DNA of 63,237 nt, filler included, from Globobulimina sp. (GCA_003354225.1; 25 parts of 25 records of this genome joined end to end with filler, not necessarily neighbours in it); one strand, 5' to 3'. Shown: positions 45,616 through 58,294, numbered from the whole stretch's first letter. Notes: a model not told the origin generated them from the letters alone. Translations and numbers: made by a program.

Positions 45616-46143
45616 AATGCCAGCATATTTAAACACTGTCGTCGAGACTCAGATAATGAAGAACTTGCATGCTGTGCTGCCGCATGTTGCTGTTTTCTGT
45701 TTGCAATGTGTTTGCTCGGTGGTGGTATCACGCAATATAATTACAATGAAATCCAGGATGGAGTTGTCACTCAATGTAGATATTACATATCAGAAATAGA
45801 TTCTTGTGAAGGAACCAAACGTGTTGGAAAGACCACACATTCCTGCACTGGGGAACAGACATTGCATTATTACCATGTCAACCAAACTGAATGCGATCTG
45901 GTATATTATTCCACAGTGTGCGAATGTTCTGATTTGGATCTGATTGAGCCAGAACCCGCCAAACATAGTGATGCTCTCTGGCATGAATGTGTGGTATCTA
46001 ATTGTTATGACAATGGATTCGAATTTGTGGATAATTTGCATGAAATACAAACTGGATTGACTTTGCTTTGGATTGCTGCGGCAATCTATGGCTTTTGTTG
46101 TTGCTCAATGGGTTGCTACGCTGTAAAAGATGAATTGTGTTAG
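45616..46143 (+). CDS. Two-TM protein with a Cys-rich extracellular loop, 5'-truncated
   Basis: Frame open from the contig start (ACCAAACCCFLFAMCLLGG..., loop, LTLLWIAAAIYGFCCC). Confidence 0.6.
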   Translation, partial: NASIFKHCRRDSDNEELACCAAACCCFLFAMCLLGGGITQYNYNEIQDGVVTQCRYYISEIDSCEGTKRVGKTTHSCTGEQTLHYYHVNQTECDLVYYSTVCECSDLDLIEPEPAKHSDALWHECVVSNCYDNGFEFVDNLHEIQTGLTLLWIAAAIYGFCCCSMGCYAVKDELC

Positions 46144-46288
46144 TTTTATTGAGTTATATTTTTTTTGTTGTTGCATGTATTTATTTTATGTTTGTTAATT
46201 AAGATCGATTCTTTTTTGTGTTTTTTATTGATTGAATTTTAGTTTTGTTGCATACAAATGGTATTCATACATCATTCATGAAACTTTT

Positions 46289-48046
46289 GCAGTCAAAACT
46301 GTGACTTTTATGATGAACTTGGACCAACTTGAAAAGGAGGTCAAAAGGCGGAAACAGGGAATGATTACGTTGGAGAATGTTTATGTGGTCTTGTTGGTCG
46401 CAGCTTGGGCGTCTATTGTATTATTAGTATGTAATAACTTATTTTCATTTTTATTACACATCAATTCAATGATTTCAATCCAACCAGGCGATAATTCTAA
46501 TAATTGGAGTGGTGATCGCTTTAAATTTGCCACCAAATTTCGGTAGAACTATAACAGACGGATATAAGTTTTTTGATATAATAGCGACCGGATGGAATGC
46601 TGGGTTTGTAATTTATTAAATCGCACGCACTTTTTTGTCGACAATAATTATGCATTTACATACAGAGTGCATGAAATATCTGAACATTCACCAAACTCGC
46701 AATCACCATCAAATATCGAATTGATGATATCTGAATTAGTTCAACTTATCCATGGATTGGATGTGCCTGCACTGCTCCAAATATGTCCCACTCAAAACAT
46801 CCTGCATTCGACAGACGTTTTACTTGAAATACCATCAATTGTACAGACGCTAAAAGTTACGACATTTAATCCATTTTATTCTTGCATTCAAAATGTTTTC
46901 TAAACAGGACATAATATCATTTGCAACAACAAAAGTGTCTTTGTTGCCGCTCATTGGCGCTATAATGCCGTTGGAATATTACTTTCCAACCAATAGAAAC
47001 TCGCCACGTTAACTTATCTTCTTTTAATTTTTGACAATCTGTTTTTTTGTTTTTTTTTGATTAACAGCAACCACACAACTTGAGATACAAAATGTTGATG
47101 GTAAAATTGATGGATTTTGGACAGATTCCAATATTGTTGAATTTGTAAGAAACGGATCCTATTTAGACAACAATACATGGCGATTACATGACAAATATTC
47201 ACTATTTTATGACGATAAACAATGCATTGTCTATGAAATAGAAGAATATTTAGTGGCGTACGGATATCATAGCATAAAACCAGTGATACAGAAAAGATAT
47301 CAGTCAGATAATGGCAACACTGCACATCAGCAAAACTCAAATAGTACATTCAGTGGCGATGTCTTTATGAATTACGCCTTGCAGTTTGGCATAAAAATGA
47401 ATAATGAGATAAACACAAATAATTTGAAAATATTTCATTTAAGCTTTGATTCAGTAAAGTTTTATAACCCCAAAATTGTGAATGGAGTGGAAACATTTGT
47501 ACCAATCACGTTAAACAAAGTAATCTCTCCTCCTCCATCTCAGCCATCTGTGCTGTTTGAAAATGATTTGTGGCGATTAAAATTTAATGAATCTGTGGTT
47601 AGATGGCAAATTTATAAAAAACAATATGAAGGATATATTTATGACCGGTTTAGAGATATTTTGCCGTTGGACTTACATGAAGAGAGTATGCAGAGATTAG
47701 CACATAACAAAATGGATAATGTGAGCATAGACAGTATCACTGTTTCGACCATTCCTGGCCATGGCAGTGGCACTACTCAATGGAATGGGAAATATGCATT
47801 ATACGAAGCACAGCACAATGAGCCAATGAGCGGAATTAAAATGAATGTGCTATCCCAACATCAAACGGTTTATTTCCGAGAGGAAATCATTAGTAATCAC
47901 AGTATAATGCACTATCAATTAATACATGAAATGAATGGTGGAATATTACATAAGTGGATGTTGAAGAGGTTTGCAGTCAAAATAAGATCCAAACAATATG
48001 AGCACGGCTGTTACCAACAAATGGCCCCTGACTCATTGCAGTTTAA
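46289..48046 (+). CDS. Multi-exon hypothetical membrane-anchored protein, 3'-truncated; boundaries approximate
   Basis: Successive coding-like blocks (46289, ~46487, ~46665, ~46908, 47253+) separated by short GT..AG segments. Confidence 0.45.
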
Positions 48047-48146
48047 NNNNNNNNNNNNNNNNNNNNNNNNNNNNNNNNNNNNNNNNNNNNTTAATTAATT
48101 AANNNNNNNNNNNNNNNNNNNNNNNNNNNNNNNNNNNNNNNNNNNN

Positions 48147-50297
48147 GATATCGACGATGAAAAGAAAACAAATTGGAAGGAAAGCGGGACATTTTCAAAC
48201 AAGCACACTTATTTATGTTCCAATTTAGAACGGGATCGATCCTATAAAATGAGGGCGAAATATAAAGATTACGAGGGATATGGCGCGGTGCAACAATTCA
48301 AAACCAGTGCCAGTTGGAGCGACATTTTAGGCGCCGAAGAATGTACAAAATTGCAAGAATTAGTCGATTCGCACACAAATAATGAATACAAGGCAGAGTG
48401 GAAGTGTTTGTATCGAGCTTCGGAGCACGGCTTCACGGCGCACCATTTTTATAACAAATGCCACATGAAAGCCAACACAATTTGCATGGTGCAATGCGCC
48501 AAAACAAAGAATATCTTCGGTGCCTTCACCACCTGTTTTTGGGACAAATCGCAGGCAAATTGCCAGGACAAACAGAGCTTGACTGATTCGGACGCATTTA
48601 CGTATTTACTGCGCTCTGAGCACGGCTCGCAAGCCGCAATATTCCCGGTACGGCGGGCCTGGAGAAGTGCGGTGGCGCAGCAAAGTGGGTACTTTTTAAT
48701 GTTTGGCCACGCGGACAGCGACGATCCGAATGTTATTCTGCAACTATCAGACGACTGCGATTTCAATGAAGATTCGTACGCCTTCATTGACGAAAAAGGA
48801 GACGAATCGTATGCAGTTCCGGATGGATACCAGCTGACAGAAGACGGCTATTTTCGCGTTCAAGATGTCGAAGTCTGGCAATTGTTTGGCAAAACACGCA
48901 AATACAATGGAGGCAATAAGCTGCAATGGCAAAGCAGCAAAGTGGAGCAGTGGGACAACGACGACATCATTCATTGGCTGACCAGTCTTACTCTTCCATG
49001 TATGGCCGATGAGGATTACTATTCGTTGCTGCAGGAAGTCAAAGAATGTTGCTGCATCGGAGAGGATCTGGTGATGTTGGAATCCGCGCAGGACTTTTCC
49101 GAGTCGTTTGCCATTGACAATGATGAATTATGCGATGCGTTGTTTGAGCAGATTGGAGAATTGGTGGCAAACTGTGCGGAGTGGAAAAGCACTGCAATGG
49201 AGGAGTGGAGCAATGAGGACATACTGAGCTGGATAAACAGTATGAATGTGGAGCAGCAATACAGTGCGATGATCGTCAGCGTGTTGACGGACAATGGCTG
49301 CGTTGGAGAGGACCTCGTGTGCTTGGAATGTGCGCAAGAGATTGGTGAGGCGTTTGGCATTGAGGGCAATCAGCTGTTGTGCGAAGAATTATTTTCTGCG
49401 ATTTTGTCGATTCGAGCGAGTTCCAATGTGCAGCAGCAGCAGAATGACGATGTGGATGCCGATGCGGTGTATGGTGGCCATGAGACAGCAGGCAATGTGG
49501 TGGTGGAGGCTGTCGAGGTGGAACCGGAGCGTAAATACGAGAGCGAACTGGATTATTCGTGGAAGGCAAAGCGGATTAAACATTGGAGCAATGCGGAGAT
49601 ATTGGATTGGATAAAATGTATGAATTTGGGGACAGCGTGGAATGCGAAAATATTGAATGTGATTGCAACGAATGGCTGTACCGGAGAGGATATTGTCGAG
49701 TTGGCGTCGGCTGACGATGTTGGCGAAGCGTTTGAAATCGAGGATGCTGAGATCAGTCAGAAGATCTGTGAGGAAATGCAAAATTTGAAAGCGGAGTTGG
49801 ATGGAAATGATGACGGACTGCGGATTACTGTTTTGTATCAGAATGAAAATGTGGTGATTGAGGAAGTTGCGTTGACGGATAAGATTAAAAAAATCAAAAC
49901 TTTGTTTCGCGCGCAGGTTCGGATTGATTTTGAATTAAAGCATATTCATTTTAAATATAAGAAGCAGGAATTGTCCAATAATAAAACATTGCGACAGTGC
50001 GGCATCACGAAGGAGACTCATGTGATCAATGTCAAATTGGACGACGTGTTTGCAGTTTATATTAATGCGCAAGGCAACACTTTGATTTTGGAGCAAAAAG
50101 TGACAAAGAAATGCAAAATTCTGAAAATTAAAAAAATGTATAAAAAGCAATCTGGAGTTTTTGCGGGCATCGACGAGATTCAATTTTATTCGAAAAGCAA
50201 ATTGTTGCAATCCAGCAAAACATTGGCGATGTGCGGCATTGTCGACGATAAACATTTGATTTCGGTCAAGTTTGAAACTGACGGCGGCGGAAAGTAA
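48147..50297 (+). CDS. (FN3 remnant)-TLDc-3xSAM-like-2xubiquitin-like protein, 5'-truncated
   Basis: LYRASEHGF....F...C....NT......IFGAFT...W, V.DVEVW (TLDc); three W...DI..W....C.GEDL repeats; two 'L...KTL..CGI......I.V' UBL repeats ending GGGK. Confidence 0.85.
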   Translation, partial: DIDDEKKTNWKESGTFSNKHTYLCSNLERDRSYKMRAKYKDYEGYGAVQQFKTSASWSDILGAEECTKLQELVDSHTNNEYKAEWKCLYRASEHGFTAHHFYNKCHMKANTICMVQCAKTKNIFGAFTTCFWDKSQANCQDKQSLTDSDAFTYLLRSEHGSQAAIFPVRRAWRSAVAQQSGYFLMFGHADSDDPNVILQLSDDCDFNEDSYAFIDEKGDESYAVPDGYQLTEDGYFRVQDVEVWQLFGKTRKYNGGNKLQWQSSKVEQWDNDDIIHWLTSLTLPCMADEDYYSLLQEVKECCCIGEDLVMLESAQDFSESFAIDNDELCDALFEQIGELVANCAEWKSTAMEEWSNEDILSWINSMNVEQQYSAMIVSVLTDNGCVGEDLVCLECAQEIGEAFGIEGNQLLCEELFSAILSIRASSNVQQQQNDDVDADAVYGGHETAGNVVVEAVEVEPERKYESELDYSWKAKRIKHWSNAEILDWIKCMNLGTAWNAKILNVIATNGCTGEDIVELASADDVGEAFEIEDAEISQKICEEMQNLKAELDGNDDGLRITVLYQNENVVIEEVALTDKIKKIKTLFRAQVRIDFELKHIHFKYKKQELSNNKTLRQCGITKETHVINVKLDDVFAVYINAQGNTLILEQKVTKKCKILKIKKMYKKQSGVFAGIDEIQFYSKSKLLQSSKTLAMCGIVDDKHLISVKFETDGGGK

Positions 50298-50724
50298 ATA
50301 TATAATATCAGATTATAAGTATGAGTGTGTTTTGTTTTGTTTTGTCGTGTCATTCAATTCATTTATAAACTTGTTCATATATAGACTTGATAACAAAAGT
50401 GGTGGGTTGTATGGGTTGTGGGGTGACTACATTTGACTCACTTGCTCACTGTCTAATTTATAACTGTGGTATTTGTATTTTTAATCTAGAAAGCAATAAT
50501 ATTGCAAAAAAGATGAAATTGTTACACTTAAGGAATCTTACACTCACTAAATCCATAACAAATAACAGGACTGTATTTNNNNNNNNNNNNNNNNNNNNNN
50601 NNNNNNNNNNNNNNNNNNNNNNTTAATTAATTAANNNNNNNNNNNNNNNNNNNNNNNNNNNNNNNNNNNNNNNNNNNNCCCTGGGGTCCTTGGAGATCCT
50701 AGTTGGAATTTTTGGCCTGAGTAG

Positions 50725-51022
50725 GTGGAAGGGTGCAGCCTGACCAACTATATGAAACAATTGAAATGGTCAGGCAAACGGTTCGACCTAGATGAAACCT
50801 TGACCATTAGTGCTCAGGTAGCCGAAGGTCTAGCTTATGCCCACCAACGGGGCATTATCCACCGCGACATCAAACCGGAAAACATCTTGCTCAAACTGCG
50901 TGATGGCACCACCGGCGCCCCGCGACAAGCAGTTATCAGCGATTTTGGCCTGGCTATCCTCCTCAAAGAAGGAGATGAATTAGCCACCAATCCTTTTATG
51001 GGTTCTTTGGCTTATATGTCAC
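50725..51022 (+). CDS. Bacterial-type Ser/Thr protein kinase fragment
   Basis: [38 protein letters not shown]; ends abruptly at subdomain VIII; higher GC. Confidence 0.8.
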
Positions 51023-53110
51023 CTTAATACTGTCAGTACTCTCTGTCAAATTCACCGGCGAATAATGAAAAAGTTTCTTTTTATCCTTGTTATCTCCCAA
51101 ATATTCATCATTATCATCACCACTCTCCTCCTTTGTCTCTGTACGTGTAACCTCTCCCGATTTAGACTTAGACTTTGAATTCGTACACGTTTTCGTGGCT
51201 GATTCATCCACCAAATGTCCGTGTAACTTTGCTCGCGAATACGGCGTCACGCTCTGTGTCATCGACGCGGAGTGCACGCGCTGCGATTTCCGCTGTGAGT
51301 GAAGTGTGCCAATATTAATATTTTCCTTTTGTTTGACGCGCGCATTTTTATGATAACCCGCCGGGAAAAAAGCAACGTTCTTATTTGCCTCCATGATCCA
51401 AATCAGCGCTATAAACGATATAATCAACAAATAAAACGCGGATAAATGAGCTAAGAAATCGATACTGCCGTCCTGTGCTTTGATGACATAATATCCAAAT
51501 ATCGGCCCAATGATCCTTCCAACGGAGGACACTATGAAAAACCATGACATTCGAATACCGATATTCTTCAATTTGGTGCCAGTTATCAAGCAAAATATGG
51601 CGGGGATTTGCAACGTAGCAATGCCAAAACCAATGCAGATGAAAAAAGTAGCACAGATTAACTGTGTCAATGGGATGGAATATGGCGAACTTTCACTGTT
51701 ATAAATGCCAAATGTAGTCAATAAGAAATAGCCAATGCACTGGAATTGTATCGCAACAATGACGCGTTTGTCAAATGAGATGGAAGTGAATATTTTATAA
51801 TTTAATAATCGATTGATAAAGAAAGATAATATAAAAAATATCCCAATCACTGCAAAAACGCCATATATGACAGTTTGATTGTATTTATTTGCAATGTTGT
51901 TATCATTGTTTTCGTTGTAAGCTCCGATGGGAACTATGACAGCGCTGAAGGACCAAAATGGAAACAAACAGGAAATGTATAAAAATAATAATAATATCAC
52001 ATATTTATTGCGAAACAAGGAATGGTTTTTGCGTTTGTTGCTGGATAAGATCGCAGCATAATATTCCTCCGAATGTTGCTGTCTTTGAGTGATTTCATCG
52101 CTCGAACTACGAAATAAATGCTGTGGATTTGCCACATTATTAATAGTATATTTTCCAGCTTGCTTGGCATGCATAGCTTGGATAGAAGATCCATTCTTTT
52201 TTTTCTTCTTTTTCTTGGATGACACGAAGTAATTATACGCCAAATACAGCACAAACAAAGCCAAGTATACCACACTGAGACAGGACATTATGAACGACCC
52301 GGCATTGGTATCGGTAATGGTCCATAGCTGCGCGATATTGAATTGCTTCAATGACAGTAATAAACCAATCAGAGGGCCGATAACCATACCGATGGAGGTA
52401 ATAAATCTAAAAATCACAATCAACGACTCTCTGTTTAGTATATTCGAACATAATGTAATCACCGAATAGCCCACAACCAATATGCTGCCAGATATGCCAC
52501 ACATGGCTCGACCCACAAACAGCAAAAAGATGCTGTCGCCTACAGAGATGCCGTGAGTGTATAACAGATTGCCAAAGAACAAAAAAGTGCACAAGATGAC
52601 TAAGATCCATTTGTTGCGTTCATAGTTCATGAAGCAAGAGATGACTAAGGATGAGATGATCTGAAATATCACGTAGATGACCAAGATCCATATGAATGAA
52701 TTGTCGAACCCATCGCACGCCTTGTATAAGGTGGGGATATTTATCATTAAATCTGTGTGTGTTCGATCACCAATGAGTGCGAGGATAGGATATCCGTTTT
52801 TTGATAATGTATAGGTATACCTATTGAGCATAGGAACGCGAATATATTTGTGCTGTATAATTGGCCGCGGACACTGAGATCATAGACACCGGGTTTTAGG
52901 GAGCCTGCAGTGGAGGACTGGTCATCGACGTTGGCGTCAAAGGAATGTCGGGTTTTGGTGGGTACAATCTCGATGGACACTTTCTCGTCATTTTGGTGGA
53001 TGCTTTGTTGGTTAATATGGTTGAAAGCAGGTATCCCATCGCCAATGGTATTGATCATTCTGAAGCCACTGTTTACGCCTCTTTTTCTCAGAACTGTATA
53101 GGATTAAATA
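50996..53110 (-). CDS. MFS transporter (MFSD8/SPX-MFS-like); intron 52753-52820
   Basis: About 12 TMs; GN.LY, VGRA.CG, G..IGP.IG, GRIIGP.FG. The 3' end runs into the chimeric kinase fragment. Confidence 0.82.
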
Positions 53111-53210
53111 NNNNNNNNNNNNNNNNNNNNNNNNNNNNNNNNNNNNNNNNNNNNTTAATTAATTAANNNNNNNNNNNNNNNNNNNNNNNNNNNNNNNNNN
53201 NNNNNNNNNN

Positions 53211-55642
53211 TGTTGATTTGCTCTGATTACTTCCGTATGTTCTTTCATAATAATCGCATTTTCCAAATCAGATTGAGGCAAATTACTCGGCTCAATATTA
53301 AGAGATTTGATTTCATTTAACACCACTTTTGCATCTTTAATAACATTGGCGGGAAAGCCAGTGATCTCTGCCATAATTATTCCATAATCGTCTGTTTTTT
53401 GTTCGCCATTCGCATCAAAATCAAAATCATCCTCATCGTCAGTATACAATTTGTACGAATATTGAATTTTATTATTTTCAGTCTTCATTTTAAATTTGGA
53501 ACAAACAACATTTGGATACATTTTTAATTTGTTCAAATCGAAATGTGTCACAAACAAAGAATACGCTCGCTTAAATTTCAAATATTCGCACGTCGACCAT
53601 GCGAATGCAAAGGCGTCGATAGTCGATGTGGACCGACCTAACTCGTCGATAATAACCAAGCTATTTTGAGTGCAATTGTTCAAAATATAATTGATATCCT
53701 TACATTCATTGAAAAACGAAGATTGATTCAATTGCAAGTTGTCATTGTTGGACAATCTGGAAAATATTTGGTCGATTAACTTCAATGAAGCATATTCTGC
53801 GGGGATATGACAGCCGATATGGACCATAATAATCAGCAAAGCGCATTGTTTGATATACGTCGACTTTCCCGACGCATTCGGCCCATTTATTATGTGTAAG
53901 TTGCGCGATTGGTGAATGTTGATATTATTTGCCACAAAGTTATGATTGGATATTTGCTGCAAAATGGGGTGTTTGCTCTGTAAAAAGGTGATTGGCCCCG
54001 TATCGTGTCGGACGATTATCGGCTTACAGGTTTGTGTGGCGATGGAATAGGAATATCTCGCAAATGAATATAACATATCTAATTTGGCAATATATTCGGA
54101 TAAAATATGCAATGCCGTCATGTATTGCTGCAATTGCACCAACAGCGAATTTAACACCTTTTGACTGTGTCGCATAATGTTACAATATGTTTTTTGCAAT
54201 GATTGGTTCAATGTTTTCAATGCGTGCGTGGTGCAGTAAATATTTTTCCTTTTCTGACTGCATTCTATAAAGGATTCATTCGCAGTGATTTCAGTTTTAT
54301 ATTGCGATGGGATGCAAATATGATATCCTCGCGACACTGTAAAATGTAATTTCATTGCAGCAAAATTCGTCTCTCGATATTCTTTATAACTTTCGAATGT
54401 ATTATGTATTGTTTCTTGTATATCTAAATATAATTTCTTATTCAAATCCAAATCACCGTCAATGCCAACCCGTATTGTCTCAATTATGGCATCGCGCTGT
54501 TTATGAATGGATTGCTTTCCATTGAAAGTACCATTTCCTTCAATTTTCCTTCCGATTTCAGCTAAAATTTCTTTATATTCTTCATCTTCAAATTGCTGTT
54601 TCCAACCATATAATAAAATGGATTCATCTCTTTCATTCGCCGGTATTTCATCCAATATTTCCACCAAATTTGGTAATATTGACAAGTTATGCTGCAACTT
54701 TATGACATTTATAATAAATAATTGATAATTTACGCCAATGTTATTGCTATTTCGCGGTATGCGCGATAACGAATTGTTGATTGTGTCTAAGTCATAAAAC
54801 TTTTTTAAAATGTCTTCCAAGCCGAAATAAAAAGTTTCATTGTTGAGCAGAATCTGAATCACTTTCTGTCTCTCTTCAATAGACCGTCGATCACATAATG
54901 GCTGATACAAAGAACTGCGTAGCAGCCGTTTCCCCATTTTGGTTTGACAAAAGTCCAACGATTTCAGTAAAGTCCCTTTCTTTGACTTTGCATTTTTTAA
55001 ATTGGACACCAATTCCAAGTTTTTAATGGTATCAAAATCCAATTTCATATATCCATCCATGGTTTTGTAGCTCAATCGGACTGTATTTTTACTGAAATTC
55101 GGACCGCAATGATTTAGCCACGAAATGGCGGCGCCAATGGCAGACAATGCTAACCACATTGTATTGTCGTGAATGTTTACCTGTTTTAAGGAGTCCCGCG
55201 TACAAATCTCATCTAAATAGCGAATGCCTTCGCAATCGTTAAAATAGCGCCGGGACAATGGCTGTAAACGAGTTCTGCCGCCAACCACTGACAATATGCC
55301 TGCGTCGCGGTCCGTTAATGTGGCAATTAAACCGGATGTATGCTTTGCATTTGTGGAGGGGTACAAAACGTGCTTCGGCTGCAGACTTGTGATTAATTGC
55401 ATGCTGTCCACATAGGCGGCTTTATCTGTAAATTGATACAATTCGATATTTGGCGACGACAGATCTATGACACCGGCGCCAATTTCATGTCTATTCCGAT
55501 ATTCCAGGATGGCTAATACGACATGTCTGGCATCGCCGGGCTCCCTTATCATCGATGAATGGCCACTCGATCTCGGCGCTGCTTGGTTTCGTAGCGGACT
55601 TCTTTGGACCTGCCGTTGTGGCCGTTGTTGGGGTATGGTATC
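53211..55642 (-). CDS. MSH4: MutS homolog 4 (meiotic), both ends truncated
   Basis: No mismatch-binding domain I seen; EIG...ID, D.DTIKNLELV.N, T.MG.RLLRS.L.QPL, GPN.SGKSTYIKQ, N.SSF..E...I.YIL, IIDELGR.T, FVTHF. Confidence 0.8.
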
Positions 55643-56557
55643 NNNNNNNNNNNNNNNNNNNNNNNNNNNNNNNNNNNNNNNNNNNNTTAATTAATTAANN
55701 NNNNNNNNNNNNNNNNNNNNNNNNNNNNNNNNNNNNNNNNNNTAACTTAGGACAGATAATGTGGCACAGATGTTTAAACATTCATTTCTTTGCCATGTAT
55801 TTGTTAACACTGTGAATTTAGAATTTGTGTTTTGTTTTTGGTTTTTGCTCATTTTATAAAATATTGCCATATGAACCATCCGATGCCCAATGTCCTTCCA
55901 CATGATGTTTGAAATAGCAGTTTTTGTTTGGATAATAATTGTGTGCAAACTGTTGAGAGAGTGTTTGTTTGTAATTCGGTTGCCATTACAAACCATAATT
56001 ATGCATAGAATACCATTTGTGTTTAATATTATTGATGGCGAATATCTGAGGCGTTGATACATAGTAAATACTTAAAGTGATTTTTTATCTGATCCAATGT
56101 GGTTGGTGTTGTTGCGTTGTGTTTAATTAATAAATCTTTGACAGATTCCAATCCATTTTGTGTTAAAAACCATTCCCATCGATTTATAATCTTTTTGTCA
56201 CAAGATGTGACTTTTCGAACTGAATGCAAAAAAGAAGTTAGTCCAAGAAGTTTTTTAAAATTTGCAGCATTATCGGAGAGGCCTATTTTTAACAAATTCA
56301 ACAAAAAAAAAAGGGTAGATGCTATCGAAAATGGTCATATATTCAGCGAGATGAAGTTTGTTGGAAGTCTGCACCGAGTTATGTTTTTCTATAATGTTGC
56401 CGATATAAAAAATGGCGCAACCTCTAGCAACTTGCATAGGCATAGCCATATATGGCTGGTTACTTGTTCTGGTTACTGGCTACTGCTAGTAATTGATAAT
56501 TATAATACGATAAAGAATAATTTAACAAAAAACAAAAAAACAAAAATCAACTGAGAA

Positions 56558-58030
56558 TCAGACAGCAAATTTATTTTTATCTCCATCATTTATAATATGT
56601 CCACTTTGTTGTGGTGCTTGTTGTGGCCCACTTGATCCCTTACCATAACTGCTAAAAACCTGTGCAAATTCTGGTTTTGCGGCAGTAATACGATGATATT
56701 CTTCCGGTCTGTTTTGATTTAAAGCAGCTGGATCTTCAGAATAGCAGACAAACAAACAAATAATTGATGAATGCACAACATACAACACAGTCGAAGTTAA
56801 TATTAAACCAATAAAAAATCCATACGTCGCCAATGCAATTGGAACACCAACGCGTATGTCATGATCACTTGATCCATTGTAAAATAAATACCCTACAAAG
56901 TAACCAATTGCTGCCGATATAATAGCGCCAATTAAGGCCCCTGCAAATATTGCCAAGCCAGTTAAATCGTCGTTAATTAATGCTAAAATGCCCCGTTTTG
57001 CAAATAAATCGAATGTGCGCGATGCTGCGGTCAGAAAACTAACGCCATAAATGGCACATTGTGCGTATGCATACTTATTAAAATACCGCACCATTCGTTC
57101 AATGCAAGCTAATAAACATAATGCGATACATTTTAATAGGTTATGCTTATTATTTTGTGCGGATCTTATCATTGCTCGGATTGCCTGCAATATGGCCACA
57201 ATTAACGAGCCTAAACAAACGGAACCAAATGATGTGGTCATTGTGCGTTTGAATGCGGCTGCGGTGGCTTTAGGATTGGTATTATGATCGCTGTCCGTTG
57301 CAAAATACCAAGCGGCGGTAACACCGCAAGTCGTGGTATGCGAAATGTTTTGATTGACTTGAAATCCCCAATATAATGAGACTAATAATAAAAATATAAC
57401 ACCATTTGATGGCTGTGACTCGACGATGAAATAAGCAGAACAGCAGCAACCCCAAATAATAAGCCATAATATATCAAATAATATGACAGACAAAGATAAA
57501 AATACAGTACCACCATAGCTTGACGTTATTGATGAAGAGACTGATAATAAGGCGGAGGAAAAAGGTATCCGCTTCCATACACACCAGGTATATAAGACAT
57601 AGATCAATGCAAATATGCCACCAATTATAATCAATACGATTTGCATCGTAATTAAGCCGACCACGGCCACTAAACACCACATTGCTACATTTAAAAATAA
57701 CATCGATTTAATGATCTTCGATGCAAATCGTTTCATAATCTCCAACCAAAATAAACCAAACACAATACCTGCAATTAAACATAGTCCGATACCACAAAAT
57801 ATTCCGGTCAGCGATATGTCTGATTGCCAATCATCATTATCATCATTATCAATATCCGGATATTTGACTATCCATAAATATGCACCAGCTACAATTACAA
57901 TTAATAAATGGATATAATACAAAATAGCAAATACGACATCACGATACTTGGGTTTTTTATACTCCAAACGTTTACCAAATTCAAATTCTGATGCACCAAA
58001 TTGAGATGATGTAAGTGGTTGAGAACTCAT
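56558..58030 (-). CDS. Choline transporter-like protein (CTL/SLC44/PNS1 family)
   Basis: YRD..FA.L...H, RIPF....L, WYF, T.SFGS.CLGSLIVA, YFNKYAY...AIYG..F, FVCY.EDP. Confidence 0.92.
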   Translation of the reverse strand: MSSQPLTSSQFGASEFEFGKRLEYKKPKYRDVVFAILYYIHLLIVIVAGAYLWIVKYPDIDNDDNDDWQSDISLTGIFCGIGLCLIAGIVFGLFWLEIMKRFASKIIKSMLFLNVAMWCLVAVVGLITMQIVLIIIGGIFALIYVLYTWCVWKRIPFSSALLSVSSSITSSYGGTVFLSLSVILFDILWLIIWGCCCSAYFIVESQPSNGVIFLLLVSLYWGFQVNQNISHTTTCGVTAAWYFATDSDHNTNPKATAAAFKRTMTTSFGSVCLGSLIVAILQAIRAMIRSAQNNKHNLLKCIALCLLACIERMVRYFNKYAYAQCAIYGVSFLTAASRTFDLFAKRGILALINDDLTGLAIFAGALIGAIISAAIGYFVGYLFYNGSSDHDIRVGVPIALATYGFFIGLILTSTVLYVVHSSIICLFVCYSEDPAALNQNRPEEYHRITAAKPEFAQVFSSYGKGSSGPQQAPQQSGHIINDGDKNKFAV

Positions 58031-58105
58031 TAGGGATCTCCGATAAGTACTGATTTTTTCAAAAACTTATCAAACAGCTCTCAAAAATGCAATCAGTTCG
58101 ATAAG
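58031..58105. repeat. Diverged copy of the terminus of the 35898-36893 repeat family
   Basis: TAGGGATCTCCGATAAGTACTGATTTTTTCAAAAACTTATCAAACAGCT...TCAGTTCGATAA matches the reverse complement of ~36819-36893. Confidence 0.8.
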
Positions 58106-58294
58106 TATTTTCATTTTTTTTAAATCACAGAATCTTACCAACACACATAAGAATGAGTAAGATGACTTAGATAANNNNNNNNNNNNNNNNNNNNNNNNNN
58201 NNNNNNNNNNNNNNNNNNTTAATTAATTAANNNNNNNNNNNNNNNNNNNNNNNNNNNNNNNNNNNNNNNNNNNNCAGTGGTTGATGTGAAGCAA

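Noticed and set aside
48449-50255. Many antisense or overlapping ORFs in the ORF track (also around 58590-60760 and elsewhere)
   Set aside because: They are shadow frames of longer motif-bearing genes in GC-richer DNA, with no independent support.
55743-56330. hAT transposase remnant suggested by 'SDNAANF'
   Set aside because: Only a short motif in a stop-riddled frame, with no other hAT blocks recognisable.
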